From the NCBI GenBank assembly GCA_043228905.1, contig JBHGNT010000010.1:5766001-5830000 (forward strand): 64,000 bases of DNA. Reading direction: 5' to 3'. Origin of the DNA: Azolla caroliniana (lineage: Eukaryota; Plantae; Polypodiophyta). The notes beneath the pieces are model-generated. The model saw only the letters and a list, made by a program, of their open reading frames with translations, did not search any database and was not told the origin of the DNA. This document shows positions 26,246-43,512 of the stretch, piece by piece (position 1 is the stretch's first letter; each line of letters opens with the position of its first letter). Both the position numbers and the translations under genes were made by a program.

Positions 26246-27347
26246 CTACCTCTATTCCATAGTGATCCATTTCGGAGTTTGTGGACTCTTGTGGTTTTGC
26301 CTTTCGAGGTTTTCCATGTTAACATACTATGGCGACTTATTCTTGTGTAAGTGTATCAATATCTTATTTCTGATTCTATTTCTTCCATTGTGAGATTGGA
26401 ACTCGGTTGTGGCCGAGAGCGATTGTTGTTAAAGTGCAGGTGAAACGGTCGACTTGAAATCTTCTATCACAAGAGGGTAAATAGTCAAGGTTGACCCAAA
26501 ACATGGCACAAACGGTAGTGCTAGCGAGAATCAATGGGATCCCCAACAGGAAAGTGAGCGGTTGCGACCCCCACCAGAACTAGAAGGTGAGCGATCAAAA
26601 TCGATCCTCCTCAAAGGAAAGTGGACCAAAATGTGGACCAAAATGAAAATGGAGTGCAAGCTACCAATGATTCGGTCCCCACCAGGAAAGTGAGCAATTT
26701 TAACCCCCATTGGAATTGTGAAGGTGAGTGATCGAAATCAATCCTCACCAAATTTGTGATGCTAAATGATACCTATAGATGATGACAATGACAATAAAGA
26801 GGGTGGAACAATGATGATAATGAAAGACCATGCAAAGTACTATTGATGACAATGAAGGTTGGGCGACGTAGCATTGATGAAGACAACAAGAGGTGCTGAA
26901 AAATGATGATGTCAAAGTTGAGGTAGTGAAGACGATGATGATGAGGAAGCGTCTCTAGAAGGAATGATTGCGACTATGGTGATGATGGTGTCTCTAAAAC
27001 CAAGGATGTTGATGACGGTAACTCTGGAAGCAAGGACGATGACGATGGTAACTCTAGAAGCAAGGGCACAGATGCTTCCAGTGTGAGGGGATTCAAATGG
27101 TCAAGGACACACCAACCACACACTCGAACGAAGCACGGATGGTGGGGCTACAAACTAGAAGTGACGAGGCTAGAAACTCGGGAAGTTGGGAGCAACGATG
27201 CGAGGAACTTAAGACACTAGGAATGCCGCAAGAGAACGAAGACAAAGATGAAGATCAAGGAGACATGATGGGGTGAAACGAGAATACTAGATTGATTTGT
27301 CAATGATTGGTGTTGAATCCACTGAAAGGGATCAAGGAGGTTACAAG

Positions 27348-27423
27348 TATTTATATTGTGAGCTGATGTACAGCTTTAGAATATTCTAGAGAATATTCTA
27401 GAACCATCTAGAACTTTCTAGAG
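27348..27423 (-). promoter_or_regulatory. Heat-shock-element array upstream of a TATA box
   Basis: GAAtaTTCtaGAAccATCtaGAActTTCtaGAG at 27391-27423 plus GAAtaTTCtaGAG at 27379-27391. TATAAATA on the minus strand at 27348-27355. Confidence 0.6.
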
Positions 27424-27769
27424 GTATGTGCCTAAAGGATATTTCTAGATCAAGACTTAGTACATTATATACAAATAAATGCTCATAGCAAAATGGTTGA
27501 GCATGATATCTTGTTGCGTGAGATTGCAAGTTTAATCCGCACTACCTATATATTTTATGTCACTGTGTCGTGCCAATGGACTACAAACCGACTTAAACTA
27601 GCCAAAGAATATGCAAGTCACTTCTCTCACATATTTGAGAACAATGTTATTGTTATAGATGCAATAAATAAGGTTATGTTAGGTGGGTTTATCTTGAAGA
27701 TGACATCACGAATGATTCAGAGTTACATTCTTGTTACTTGTTCACCCCACTATTTGTGTTGATAAAGTT

Positions 27770-30050
27770 ATATGATTTGGATGCAACATTCACAATGGAG
27801 GAGCTTTTGGAGGCTCAGTAGTGTCTCAGGATGGTATTATGTTAGATTTCATTACAAAATTTTGGGATATCCATAAGGATCTATTCATGTCTATGGCAAA
27901 TAAAGCTTGGCAATAATGGGATATGCACATATCATGGAAAGAAGGTTTGGTCAAATTAATACCCAAAAAGAAATTGTGTGAATCTATTTCGAATCGGTGA
28001 CCATAGTGATCTATAAACTTATTGCAAAGGTAATTGCTAATCGTATTAAGGACACTTTGTTGGGAGACATATAGCAATCGACAACGGTTCGGTTCAAGAG
28101 GGTCCAAACCGAATTGTTTAAATATTTTGAAACCTGAACCGAACCATGAAAACGTTAAACCGAACCATTAAATTTTTTTCAAACCATTAAGCCATTAAAC
28201 CGGTAAAACCGCAGTTTCGTGGTTCGGTTTTGGTTTTCAACTTAGGTCAAAATTTAAAATTTAAAATTTTTAAAGATTTTTCTAAAATATGAGAATAAGG
28301 TATGAAAATGAAAATATTGTTTAAAAACACTTTTTTTAAAAATTTGTTTTTAATTTAAATAAAAAATAAAAAATAAAAAATAAAAATGTTAAACCGTTTA
28401 AACCACGGTTTCTAACTGTTGAAACCGAACTAAATCGTTAAAAATAACCCAAACCCGAACTAAACCAAACCGAACCGTTAAAACCTTTAAGTCACAATTT
28501 CGTGGTTTGGTTCGGTTCAAACCGAACAGTTGCCGATTGTTAGAGTCATACACGTAAACCAATACGGGTTCATTCCACGAAGGCAAATTACAAATAACAT
28601 TGCAAATGCCTATATTGGAATGTAGTATGCCAAATACACCAAACAAGATGTATTGATCATGCAAATTGACATTGAAAATGCCTTTGACACAATCCAATGG
28701 GATATTGTAAAAGTCACAATGGTCAAACTAGAATTTGGCTTGAAATGTCTCAAGTAATCTACGAACTTTGTAGGTCTAGCACATCTTCATGCATTATTGA
28801 TGGTGATTTGACAAATTCATGGAGCTTTGCCAAATCAGTACGGCAAGGTCGTCCTGTAAGTGCATTGTTGTATGCAATTGCAACTGACCCACTGTTATTG
28901 TACATGGATAATTTAGTATCAGTCGGCCAACTTCACGGTTTGAAAATGAAGGACGAAGATGATTTTGTGGCTTAGGCATATGCAATGATACATCATTCAT
29001 ATTACAAAACAAACCACATGATATGAGAGTGATTATGGATGCCCTCAAATTGTATGAATTAATTGTTGGACTACATGTTAACTCCAGCAATTCCAAACTC
29101 CTACCCTTGACACCATGTAGTTGGCATCAACTTTTGTGGCTAGGCCAAGTTGTTAGCCCAAATGCAATTGTTAGACACCTTGGCTATCCATTGGGATGGA
29201 ATGTAGGCAAAGGAAATGATGGGTTCTGCAAAAAGTGAGACAAAAGTTAAGCTATTGGAAGATTGCAATATGGCCGCTTCATGTTAGATTGAGGATAATG
29301 CAATCTATATTCATGGCTTGCATGCAATATTACTTAATTATGATTGATTGGTTGAAACACATGATACAAAAGATTAACTCATAAATCATAAGAAACTTTT
29401 GGTGCTCTACATAGTCACGCAAGAGGTGTACGACTCCTATCACAAGAGAAGATATGCGCTCCATGATTGTGTGGAGGAGTAAATATTCTTAATTTGCAGT
29501 TGCATATGTTGGCTATGAAAGCAACTTTATTGCCAAAATTTGCTGAACAAACATTGTTGGGCAAGAATGCTATCATATATGTTTGATAATTTGAAAACCA
29601 AGTCATTTGGTTCATGGGATACTAACCATTGGGATGTAGTGTTTGGAAAGCTTGATGGGCACATAGAAGGATGTCCATTTAGCTCAAACTTTCTAAAGCA
29701 TTGGACGGAAGTATTGCACCACATAAAATTGAGAGGCTAGAATTCAAAATTAGGGAACTCTCTATGCCTCAAAAGCTTATATTGGAGTGGTGTATTCCCA
29801 TAGTTAGCTGAACAAGAGCCTAGAAAAACTTATGTTTTAGGAAATAAGGGGTTGAAATCAATTGCAGATGTGGTAAATGACCAAGGTCACCTACTAGGCT
29901 TTAATGACATGACATGTCGTTATATAGGCTCGGGTCACATCATCGAGTTATATGGAATCAAGTCACGGAGTTGGTACTTTCTTTAGTACATGTGCCCCTT
30001 CTAGACTTCTAGATGGAGATTAGAGGAATCAAGGTTGGACGGTATGAAAA
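27770..30050 (+). mobile_element. Degenerate L1-type LINE, RT region and downstream part
   Basis: Fragments DFITKFWDI, WKEGLVKLIPKK, IAKVIANRIK, NQYGFIPRR, DIENAFDTIQW, SVRQGRPVSALLYAIATDPL, GLHVNSSNSKL and RHLGYPLG, with many disruptions. Confidence 0.85.
28072..28542. mobile_element. hAT-type MITE inserted in the LINE
   Basis: 23-bp TIRs with 3 mismatches (TAGCAATCGACAACGGTTCGGTT), 8-bp TSD GAGACATA/GAGTCATA, subterminal AAACCG(AA) repeats and an AT-rich core. Confidence 0.85.
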
Positions 30051-30248
30051 TGCAACATTGTTATTCCAATGGATAAGATTGTAACAACACATTTAGTGCA
30101 TAGGTGTTGCAACCTCCCCCAAGTTGTGGTATTCTAACACAAGATGCGAAAGGTATGTTTGGACAAGTTAAGGGTGGTCCAGGGTTGTATATCGCATCGA
30201 TCGATACCGCAAGGCACACATGCAATGAGAGTTGTCGAGGAAAGGGTT

Positions 30249-30820
30249 GGGTGTTAGAATTATCGTATCTATTGATACACAAGAGGCACACATTTGTATG
30301 GACAAAGGGCGGTGGAGGCTATGTCAGGGCCAAACGATGCCCATGCTATATAGCCCATCATCCATCTCTTCCTCCTAGTGAATGTGTCGAGGAATAACTA
30401 ATCTATGCCTTGGACTAGGTATATCATACTCATGGGTGTCAGGATTAGTGTATCTATCGATACACAAGAGGCGCATATTTGTATCGACAAAGGGCGGTGG
30501 AGGCTATGTTAGGGCCAGATGATGGCCAGACTATATAGCCTGTCATCCATCACTCTTCCTCCTAGTGAATGTGTCGAGGAATAATATATGCCTTGGACTA
30601 GGTATATCATACTGATGGGTGCTAGGATTAGTGTATTTGTCGATACACAAGAGGTGCCCATTTGTATGGACAAAGAGTCCTGGAGGCTATGGCCAGGGCC
30701 GGACAATCGACCAGCTGATGGCCACCAGGCTATGTATGTAGCCCATCTCTCTTGAATCTTCCTCCTTGTGGATGTGTTGAAGGAATAATAATATGCCTTG
30801 GACTAGATCATACTCATGTA
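30249..30820. repeat. ~184-bp tandem repeat, about 3 copies, immediately upstream of the WD40 gene
   Basis: GATACACAAGAGG occurs at 30274, 30459 and 30642. Confidence 0.85.
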
Positions 30821-30912
30821 CCCACCCACCCTCTTTTGATCAACACACACACTCCTCTTTTTTGTCTTCTCCTGCTCCCCTGCTCACTCTGCACAGACTA
30901 TATTTCATCACC

Positions 30913-33882
30913 ATGGCTAGACCCTGCTCTAAAGAGCTCTACAACTGCAGCCATGGAGAGCTTTGGCGTCGTCAGATTGGTGAGATTTCACCCTCTTATT
31001 TTGCTCACAGAGTTGGAGGATGCCAGGTTTGCCCCTTTCTTATTTCATATTCATCTTCCACCAATATTTTATTTCTAGGTTTATTATTATTATTATTATT
31101 ATTATTATTTTTGCCTTCATCCATGAAATGACAAAGAGAAAATTGGCATGATTGATCTTTTATTTCTATATAGGATCTCTTACAGAGGTTAGAACTCTAT
31201 ACAAAGCTTGATGGGCATGCAGGGTGTGTGAATACTGTTCACTTTAGCCCCAGTGGCGATGTGTTAGTATCGGGTTCGGATGATCGGCAGATTGTTTTGT
31301 GGGATTGGCTTGCAAAGAGAGAGTTGTTATCCTACTGTTCTGGCCATGAGAGTAATGTGTTTCAAGCCAGAGTGATGCCTTTCTCCGATGATCGTAGTGT
31401 TGTTAGCTGTGCTGCAGATGGGCAGGTAAATTCCTATGTATATATTGATGTATGTGTATGTTTATCTGTATTTGTTGGTGTATATTTGTGTATGCATATG
31501 TCTATGTTCAGTGTATACGGTGTATACATATGTGTGTATTATGTATGCATATATGGATGTGTGTATGTATGATAGGTCTTGTTTGTATAGGTATGTAATT
31601 CTAGGTTTGTGTACAAATGTGCTGATAAGTTATGGAAGCTCACTTGTAATTTTATTACATAGTTAAAAAAAATGTACATTGCATTTCAATGATGCTTTTT
31701 TCTGCTGTCTAGGTTCGGCATGGCTTAATCAGTGATGATGGTAAAGTGCATACAAAAAAGCTTGCTAAACATCAAGGCCGAGCACATAAGCTAGCGATAG
31801 AGCCTGGGAGTCCTCGCTTGTTTTACAGTTGTGGTGAGGATGGAGTTGTTCGACATGTAAGTATCATTGCATTGTTTTCTTTCCACATGAATCATTTCAG
31901 GGGATGAATATGTAGAAATACATATTCATAATAGGAAACACCAAAGCTCCCCCTTAATCCAGTGCTTTCAGAAAGTTGTTCTTTTGTTTTTATTGGTGTC
32001 TATGTGATTAATTCTTAATTATTACCTAATATATGTTAATTTATTTCTACTCTTTTCAGACCTTTATGACTATTGCCTTTTTGTGTATTGCCTTTTTGTG
32101 TATTCCTGAATAGAACACATGATCCCCTTGGAGATAGTTTGTAGATGTATTTTGTAATATAGTTTGTTGCAGATAATATTTTCTCTTTTGAAATAGTTTC
32201 AAGAGCTTCATCTTTGGAGCAGTGAGCACCATCCCTATAATTCTGTATCTATTGTTTCTGGATTGATTATTTATAAACTCTTTCATGAAGGTTGATCTAG
32301 ATTGTAACATTTGCATTTTCATGAACCACATTAATTGGAGAGAATTTTAGTCATAACCTTTTTTTTAGATAGTCAGGCCCTAGACAAAGTGTGTTGACTC
32401 TTGAGCTCAAATGTTTATATGGTGAAATATTATTTGTCGGTTTTAGCTATTCAAAAGTATTATAATAATCAAAGTCCTTGACATGAGTTAATCAATTATA
32501 CAATTGAAAGTCTTAATTTAAGCCACCTTTATATCATGATGCGTATAGTTTGACTTGAGGAGCAACAAGAGCACACGGCTATTTACTTGCCTAAGTTTTC
32601 TCACTGGGTCGAAGCCTCGGCGCCGACCTGCAGTTGTGCGTTTGAATGCAATTGTTATGAATCCACGGGACCCTCATTATTTTGCTGTGGGAGGGTCAGA
32701 TGAATATGCGAGGGTTTATGACATTCGCAAATCTTGTGTTGCATCTGGTATGGCTGATCAACCTGTGGACACATTCACACCGCAACATCTAGTTGGTTCT
32801 GATCAAGTTCATATCACGTGTGTGGCATATTCACTTCAAGAAGAGCTTCTCGCGTCTTACAATGATGAGCACATCTATTTGTTTGAAAAGACTATGGGGC
32901 TTGGGCCTAACCCTAAATCAGCATCTTTAGATGATCACAATGTATCAGAGGAAGTGCCACAAGTGTACATGGGCCATAGAAATGCACAAACGGTGAAAGG
33001 TGTGAATTTCTTTGGTCCCAATACAGAGTATGTTGTGAGTGGTTCGGATTGTGGCCGGATTTTTATATGGAAGAAAAAAGGAGGGCAATTGGTAGCTTTA
33101 AGAGTGGGAGATGAACAAGTTGTGAATTGCTTGGAACCACATCCATTTGTGACAGTTCTTGCAACAAGTGGAATTGACAGTGATGTAAAAATTTGGATGC
33201 CAACGGCAACTGAGGTTCTTTCACTCCCGGATGATGTCAATGAGGTTAGTGGAAATCTTGTTAACAATGTTAAGCTTTTTCCTTTTTTTCTGTTCTCGTT
33301 AAGAATTTAGATTTTCATCGTATTTACGATTGGGGGTGATTAGTGCTTGATTGGGGATGCTTAGTGCTTGATTATGGGTCATTAGTGTTTGATTAACCAA
33401 ATGTTCTTTTAGATCATTGTGTGCTTCATTGACTTTTTTGGGCAAGGTCCAAACTATTGGTAGATTGGTAAATTTCCGTGGTATATTTATCGGGATTCCT
33501 TTATTAGGCTTTGAACATAATATTCTCTTTCAGCATACATGTGATACCATAAATGAAATCCTTAATATAATTAATTCCTTCTGAAGGGTATATTGGTGTC
33601 TTCCCTTCTATGTATATTTTTGAAACAATATTACACATACTATATTTTTTTGGGGGTATCTTCCAGGTGTTGGAGCTGAATAAGAGTGGAAGAGAAGAAC
33701 AAGCACCATTTGCTCTAACTCCCGATGTAATAATCCATCTTCTCCGTTTACATCGGCGTCATTCTCAAAGACAAAGAAGAGATCACGAGGATGATACCGA
33801 GGACGATGAGAAGACTGGGGAAGGAGATTCTTTGTCCGACGAAAGCCAAGACAATAGCTCCCAAGAGTGCATTATAAGCTAA
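30913..33882 (+). CDS. DCAF8: DDB1- and CUL4-associated factor 8-like WD40 protein, 5 exons, about 473 aa
   Basis: Exons 30913-31026, 31174-31425, 31713-31856, 32549-33244 and 33667-33882, all phase 0 and GT-AG. Motifs: GHAGCVNTVHF, SGHESNVFQARVMPF, YMGHRNAQTVKGVNFFGP, SGSDCGRIFIW, VVNCLEPHP, LATSGID. Confidence 0.9.
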
Positions 33883-34040
33883 ACATGTTCTCTCAACAAT
33901 GTGATAAAACATTACATCTTTTTCATGTATATGCCAGATCTTTGATTCCGCCATCCAAATGTGTAAAGAATCTCGCTATCGGGGGAAAACTTCCATGCTT
34001 TCCCCTTTACTGGTGTTTCACTAAAGCATATAGTTTATTC

Positions 34041-34077
<37 letters not shown>

Positions 34078-35639
34078 GGGTTTGGTTCTCCTTGGCTCAT
34101 TTGCAATTAGTGTTTTTGGGCAAATTATATTGCAGTCAATTCACTTCCCCCCCTCGATGTTTATTTTAATTTCTTGAAGTTACAATTTAAAGTGGTGTCC
34201 ACATTTCTATGCCAGGTCCAAAGATATTAGCTAACGCTTGATTATTAAGAGATCTTAGAAACAAATAGGAATAACCTTGAGATAAGAGTGTTATTTCTCA
34301 TTAAGTAAGATACCCAAAATAGAAGCACCTTTTGAATATGGCCAATATCATTATAGCTTTGATGGAACCCAATGGCAAATTCTCGTGAGTATCATAAGAT
34401 GGTAATGGTAACACACGATTCGCGTACCCAAATGTTATTCAATAATAGCGCTTGTGCGTGTGCCCCATGGTAATACGCTAGAATCATGTGGAACATGTGA
34501 ATTGTATACCAATTGGTAGAGATGCATGGGATAAGGTTTTGGTGACCTCTAATTTGGTGGCATTTTAAATGCCGTCACAAAATTTTGTTTTCTTCTATGC
34601 AAAACCCTTTGTTGACGACTTTTTTCTACCATCAATGCAAGTTTCAATTGTGGCAGTTGATATACCAATCGTCTTTGGGTCTCCTAATTCACTTTTAAAC
34701 TTCTTTATCCTGAACAGTCTCTAGGAAACCACTAAGTGTAACAACATGAATATTTTCCTCATATACTTATTAGACCATTGGTCAACATTCAAATTGTTGG
34801 CTATCTTGCGCAATCTTGAATTCCCTAACTTGACCCCCAAATAGGGTTTGACTGAACCCATGACAATTATGCCCCCGAACCATAACCTTCTCTTCTAATA
34901 TTGGTGGCATGCTCACTTTCTCATCTTCCCATTTTTTGTGAGGACATTATTTCCTTCATCATTTTCTCATAAAATCCCCACATTCTTCTAGTTTGCCACC
35001 TTTAGAAAAAGTATGACCTTGTCCAACCCAAGAAACCCCTAATCATGCATCAAGAGTTGAGTGAATTCACTGAGCACCAAGCACTATATTCACACATATT
35101 TCGTCCCCATGACTCCATCCATTTAACAAAGGTATGTTGTATCATCCTCATTATATAATCTAGGGTGAAGTTTACGAGCGAAGCTATTTCAAAATCCACC
35201 CAAATAGTGCAAGGAATTTGCAATTCCACTATTTGGGCTTGCAACCTAGTTAACACACTACCTCAAAGCAACTATGTTATGTTTGCTTTACACTTTGTGA
35301 ACACCATTCTACCACATTTCCCTTTTATAAACGCCAAGGAACTTAATTACGTTTCTTTTATTCAATTGGCTAGTTACTTCCAAAATATTTTATGAATTTA
35401 TTTTCTTAACCTTGTGTAGAACATATTCTCCACAATAACCATCATCCATAATATCTTGACAATGTGTTGATTTGATGATCCTACCCCTCCCTACCATTGG
35501 GTTCACTAAATTATGTCTCGAAAAAGCATGCATGTGACGAAACCACAAAGGTCTTGAATCATGAGAGAAAATTAGTTCAGTAGTTCAATTTTATTCCTAG
35601 GCTTTTCAAATCTAGGCCTTTTGCTTCTAGATTTCTCCT

Positions 35640-35940
35640 CTCTCTTAGCACTCTTCTTTACACTAGGTCTCTTCATTCTGAGTTCTCTCCTTACTACTAG
35701 GTGTCATCTTGTTGGTAGCTCTATCTTCACTCCGCTCTCCTAGATCTTATTTTGTTGCCTGGTTTCTTTGCTCTTAGCTTTCCTCTCACATATGCTCAAA
35801 CCTTGGAATGACCTTTTGCCGCATTTCCTTTTATAAACTTGGAGGAACTTAGTTATGTTTCTCCCATCACATTGGACAATTACTCTCACAATTTTATTGA
35901 TTGCTTTTCCTACCCTAGACATATTGTCACTTGCAAAAGA
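35640..35940 (-). mobile_element. Possible degenerate Ty3/Gypsy gag fragment
   Basis: CDGRNITKFLQVYK resembles the FDGxNxxxFL N-terminal gag motif; heavily decayed. Confidence 0.3.
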
Positions 35941-36619
35941 TGATTTTTTCCACAACTAGCATCATCCATGCTATCTCGTCAATTTGTTGACTTGAAAAGG
36001 ATGCCACCTCTATTTGTTGTCGGGTTCATCAAATTATGTCTTGAAAATTAATCCCTTAACATAATTTTCAGTAATCAAGTTTGCAATTATAATGAATGAG
36101 GTGGTTGACATAATTTTCAGCAATCAAGTTTGTAACTATAATGATTGAGATCGTTATCTTGCTCCCTCATTTAATTCCTTTCATATCAAACTTAGGTTTG
36201 ACCTCCACAAAATGAGCAAACCCTTAACTTTCATATGTAAAAGGTTAAGATTTTTGGGTTGGAATAGAACATATCAAAGTAGCAAAATTTTACCCTAATA
36301 CAAGATTCAAACCTACACCATTCATATTGATAGGACATTTTAAGCCATTTAAATGTCAAATATGGAAATCAAGAATCTAATTCTCGACTAACCCATACTC
36401 AAGACCCGGAAGGGGGTGAAATAAGGTTCCAAGGACATGGTACCTTGTGCCCACATTGACCTTGAACCCAACTCCAAGGCATGTGGCTATATGTGTGAAT
36501 GCATGTTGTGTTATTTAATCAAGGGAATAAAAACACTAGCACATTGAAACCATAGGAGAAACTTCCCTAACTACAAGCACATATCATATACTACATACTA
36601 TGATTATCAATATTGGATA

Positions 36620-38281
36620 GGGTTCTGAGTTGGTGAACCTCTCACTTATAAAGAGGAAAAACTATGTGAGCAGAAGAAGTGGGAGTTAGCCATGTAGGAA
36701 GAGATAAAAACCTTACATGCAAATGATACTTGGGATTTGGTTGAGTTACCCAAAGTTAGGAAGGTCATTCCAAACAAGTGGGTATACAAAATCAAAATTG
36801 TTGATGGCAAACCCAAGTATAAAGCAAGGTTGGTTGCTAAGCCCAAAAAAATGACCACAATACATGTCTTGTTTGTTCTCACAACCACCTTGGATTTGGA
36901 ATTATTCCAAATGGATGTTAAAATAACTTTTTTGCATGGTGATTTAGACGAAGAGTTGTACATGAAATAACCAGAAGCATAGTACTTAAAATTCGTGTTC
37001 ATCTAGCATAACATTCATTTTCCTACGTTGGAAAACGAAATGTTATTCAAACATTCTTGTGTTTTTTTTTGTTCTTTTCCCTTTTTTTTAGGTTTATTTA
37101 CCTCATAATAAATAGTTAATCCAAAAGTATGGTATTTACCATTTTTCAAGGGTGTTTACCATACTAGAATGATTGAAACATTCGTGAATGCGAATGCACG
37201 TATGGTTCATACTATGACCAGAAGGATATGTGTTTCTTGGAAAAGAGCATCTGGTATGCAAGTTGAAAAGGACCTTATATGGGCTGAAATGCCCCCCCCC
37301 CCAAGACAATGGTAGGTGATGTGGATACATGCAAGTCCACAAGTGGCTATATATATACCCTTGCAGGTGGAGCTACATGGTGTTGGACACTTTAGAGGAG
37401 AGGATAATTGCACTATCTAATACAGAGGCTGAATATATTTCATCCACTATCTAGCCCACTTGTGTAGTGAGTTTGGGATGCTTGAAAAGGCACTTGTTCT
37501 TGGATGCGATAGCTAGAGTGCCATATGTTTGGCAATGAATGCAATGTTTCATGCTTGCTCGAAGCATATTGATCTGAGATACCACTACATTCGAGAGGCG
37601 GTAGGGGATAGCTTAATCAATTTGATCAGGGTCAATACTTCACATAATCCTACAGATGCTTTCACAAAGTGTCTACCCAAGGCGCAACATCAACTATGCA
37701 TATAGATGGTGGGAGTTATTCAGCTTATAGGAGCCTCCTTGGCCCTTTAAGTGGGAGGTTGTTGGGGATAAAGGCCCCAACGACTCTATTTTTTTGTATA
37801 TTTTGAACCCTTCCATGTGAAATCTCCCTTCAAAACTTTTTAAAATATATTCTTACTATATTTTTGGTGCCAATTTGGGGGATTATAGACATTTGCATTA
37901 TCTTTATAAGCATTTGGGGGGTTTATTCGCCGTGTGTGAACATATGCCCAAATGACCTAAAAGTGACTTATCAATAAGAATTGGTCCCAAATCTCTCATA
38001 ATGAGATAGGGACTTTTGATGGGTCGATCTTTCTCTCTATTCTTCTACACAATTTTCTCTACTTTCTCTCTCCACACAACAACTCACTCCCTTGGTGTTT
38101 TGGAACAACCAACCACGCCATCACATCTCTTTTGTTCTCGGGGTAAGCTCTTTGTTGATTGTGCTGTCTTTTTTGTTGCAACTTTATCTTGTTCCATGCC
38201 CTTCTTGTGATGCATTTGCCCTATCCTTCAGCCTTTCATACATCTTAAGTTTGACATATCTCTTCTCAAGAGCTTCCAACA
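36620..38281 (+). mobile_element. Old Ty1/Copia relic (Tork/Tnt1-like): partial RT, RNase H, PPT and 3' LTR
   Basis: NDTWDLVELP..KWVYKIK..YKARLVAK, QMDVKITFLHGDLDEELYM, ALSNTEAEYI, FHACSKHIDLRYHYIRE, NPTDAFTKCLP. PPT AAGTGGGAGG is followed by TGTTGG (37760) .. TTCCAACA (38281). Confidence 0.85.
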
Positions 38282-38499
38282 TCACAACAAATGCAACATA
38301 CCATCTTCAGAATCTACCATGTTAGTGCCACACACACTACAAAAACAATGGTGTTTTTTGAGCTTAGTTGCATGTCCGAATTCTGACCATCCCTTAGATA
38401 GAAGACCCACATTGGTTGATGTACATGGCCTCATTATGGTGGCAAAGAAGAGTGAGAGGGTTTCTCGAGGGCTAGAGCTCCTAGAAGTCCCGATTCAAG

Positions 38500-39010
38500 T
38501 TGACGGAATGGTATGGGTATGGTCGGATCTCGTCAAGGTCATGGAGAGAGAAGAGGACATTGTCTTCGATTTGAAATGGATAGGCTTCGGGACAAGCAAG
38601 GGGAGTGTGGGGCCTGCCCATATAGATTGACATAGCCTCATGGAGAAGCGAGTATGTTGAGTGGGTGGACAAAGAGAGGAATGTGTGACCTGTCCAGATC
38701 GAGGTCATGGTAGGGTCTCATTGAGGCCATGGAGAGAGGAGAGGGCACCGTCTCCAATTTGAAATGGATAGGCTTGGGGACAAGCAAGGGGGTTGTGGGG
38801 CCTGTCTAGATAGATCGACATAGCCTCATGGAGAAGCAAGTCTCTTGAGTGGGTGGACAAAGAGAGGAGTGTGTGACGCGTCCAGATCGACAAAGCTCCT
38901 GTTGGAGAAACGAGCCTCTCGAGTGGGTGGACAAAGAGGGGAGTGTGTGACCCACCCAGATAGCTCATCTTGGAGAGAAGCAAGTCTCTCGGGCGGGCGG
39001 GCGAAAGAGG
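38500..39010. repeat. Nested degenerate tandem repeats (~189-bp duplication with ~74-bp subunits) upstream of YY1
   Basis: GACATAGCCTCATGGAGAAGC near 38629 and 38818; GAGTGGGTGGACAAAGAG near 38659, 38847 and 38921. Confidence 0.75.
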
Positions 39011-39234
39011 CACAGAGAGACCCCAGGAGATGGTGGACACGAAAAAAGCTTCTCTTGTGATTTGGGCACACAAGGTGTCTTTCTTTTGTTAACTGTTAGT
39101 ATTTAGGCCCTGTTTCTTTTGTGTGTTGAGCAGGGTGGAGGGGAGGAAACACAAGAAGGTCAAAGCAATTTACAGCATTTCTTTGTTATGCAATTCCATC
39201 GAGTATGACCACAGTCGAATCATTAGCACAGTAA

Positions 39235-42973
<3,739 letters not shown>

Positions 42974-43289
42974 AGATATTTAGGTGGAGGTTTTTGTCTT
43001 TTCAACCACCTTTTGCATGGTTTTGTGTTAGTGATGTAGTGTAAATAAAGGAAATATATTGATAGAAATGATGCTGGATCCATCTAAATAGTTAGCTCCA
43101 CTTTTTCTTTTTCTTTTTCTGTTTTTCGGCATTCAACAGTGGTTCCTCTTAACAAGGGGAAATTGTGATGTTGATGCTAAATAGCAACAAAGGGCATGGG
43201 TGTGATAAGCCTTTTGGATGATGGTGTGATGTGAACTATATATATAACATGGGCGGTGATAACGCACAATGTTATCTTCTCTTTGTCGA

Positions 43290-43512
43290 GAATGATACAT
43301 GATATGCTATAGAGAATGGACATTCTTCTTAAGGGTTTAGGATATAGATAGATAGTTATTATACAGTTAATTTTGTAAATATCAATGATAGAATCAATCA
43401 AGAATGATACATGATATGCTATTAGAGAATGAACGTTCTTCATAAGGATTGAGGTTATAAATAGATAGTTATTGTACTGTTAATTATGTAAATATCAATG
43501 TTAGAATCAATT
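43290..43512. repeat. ~113-bp tandem duplication downstream of YY1
   Basis: GAATGATACATGATATGCTAT..GTAAATATCAATG.TAGAATCAAT occurs twice. Confidence 0.8.

Noticed and set aside
26250-26400. Possible 3' part of another LTR (GTGGTTTT..GGTTTTCCA..TTGTGT)
   Set aside because: No boundaries, partner LTR or TSD could be identified.
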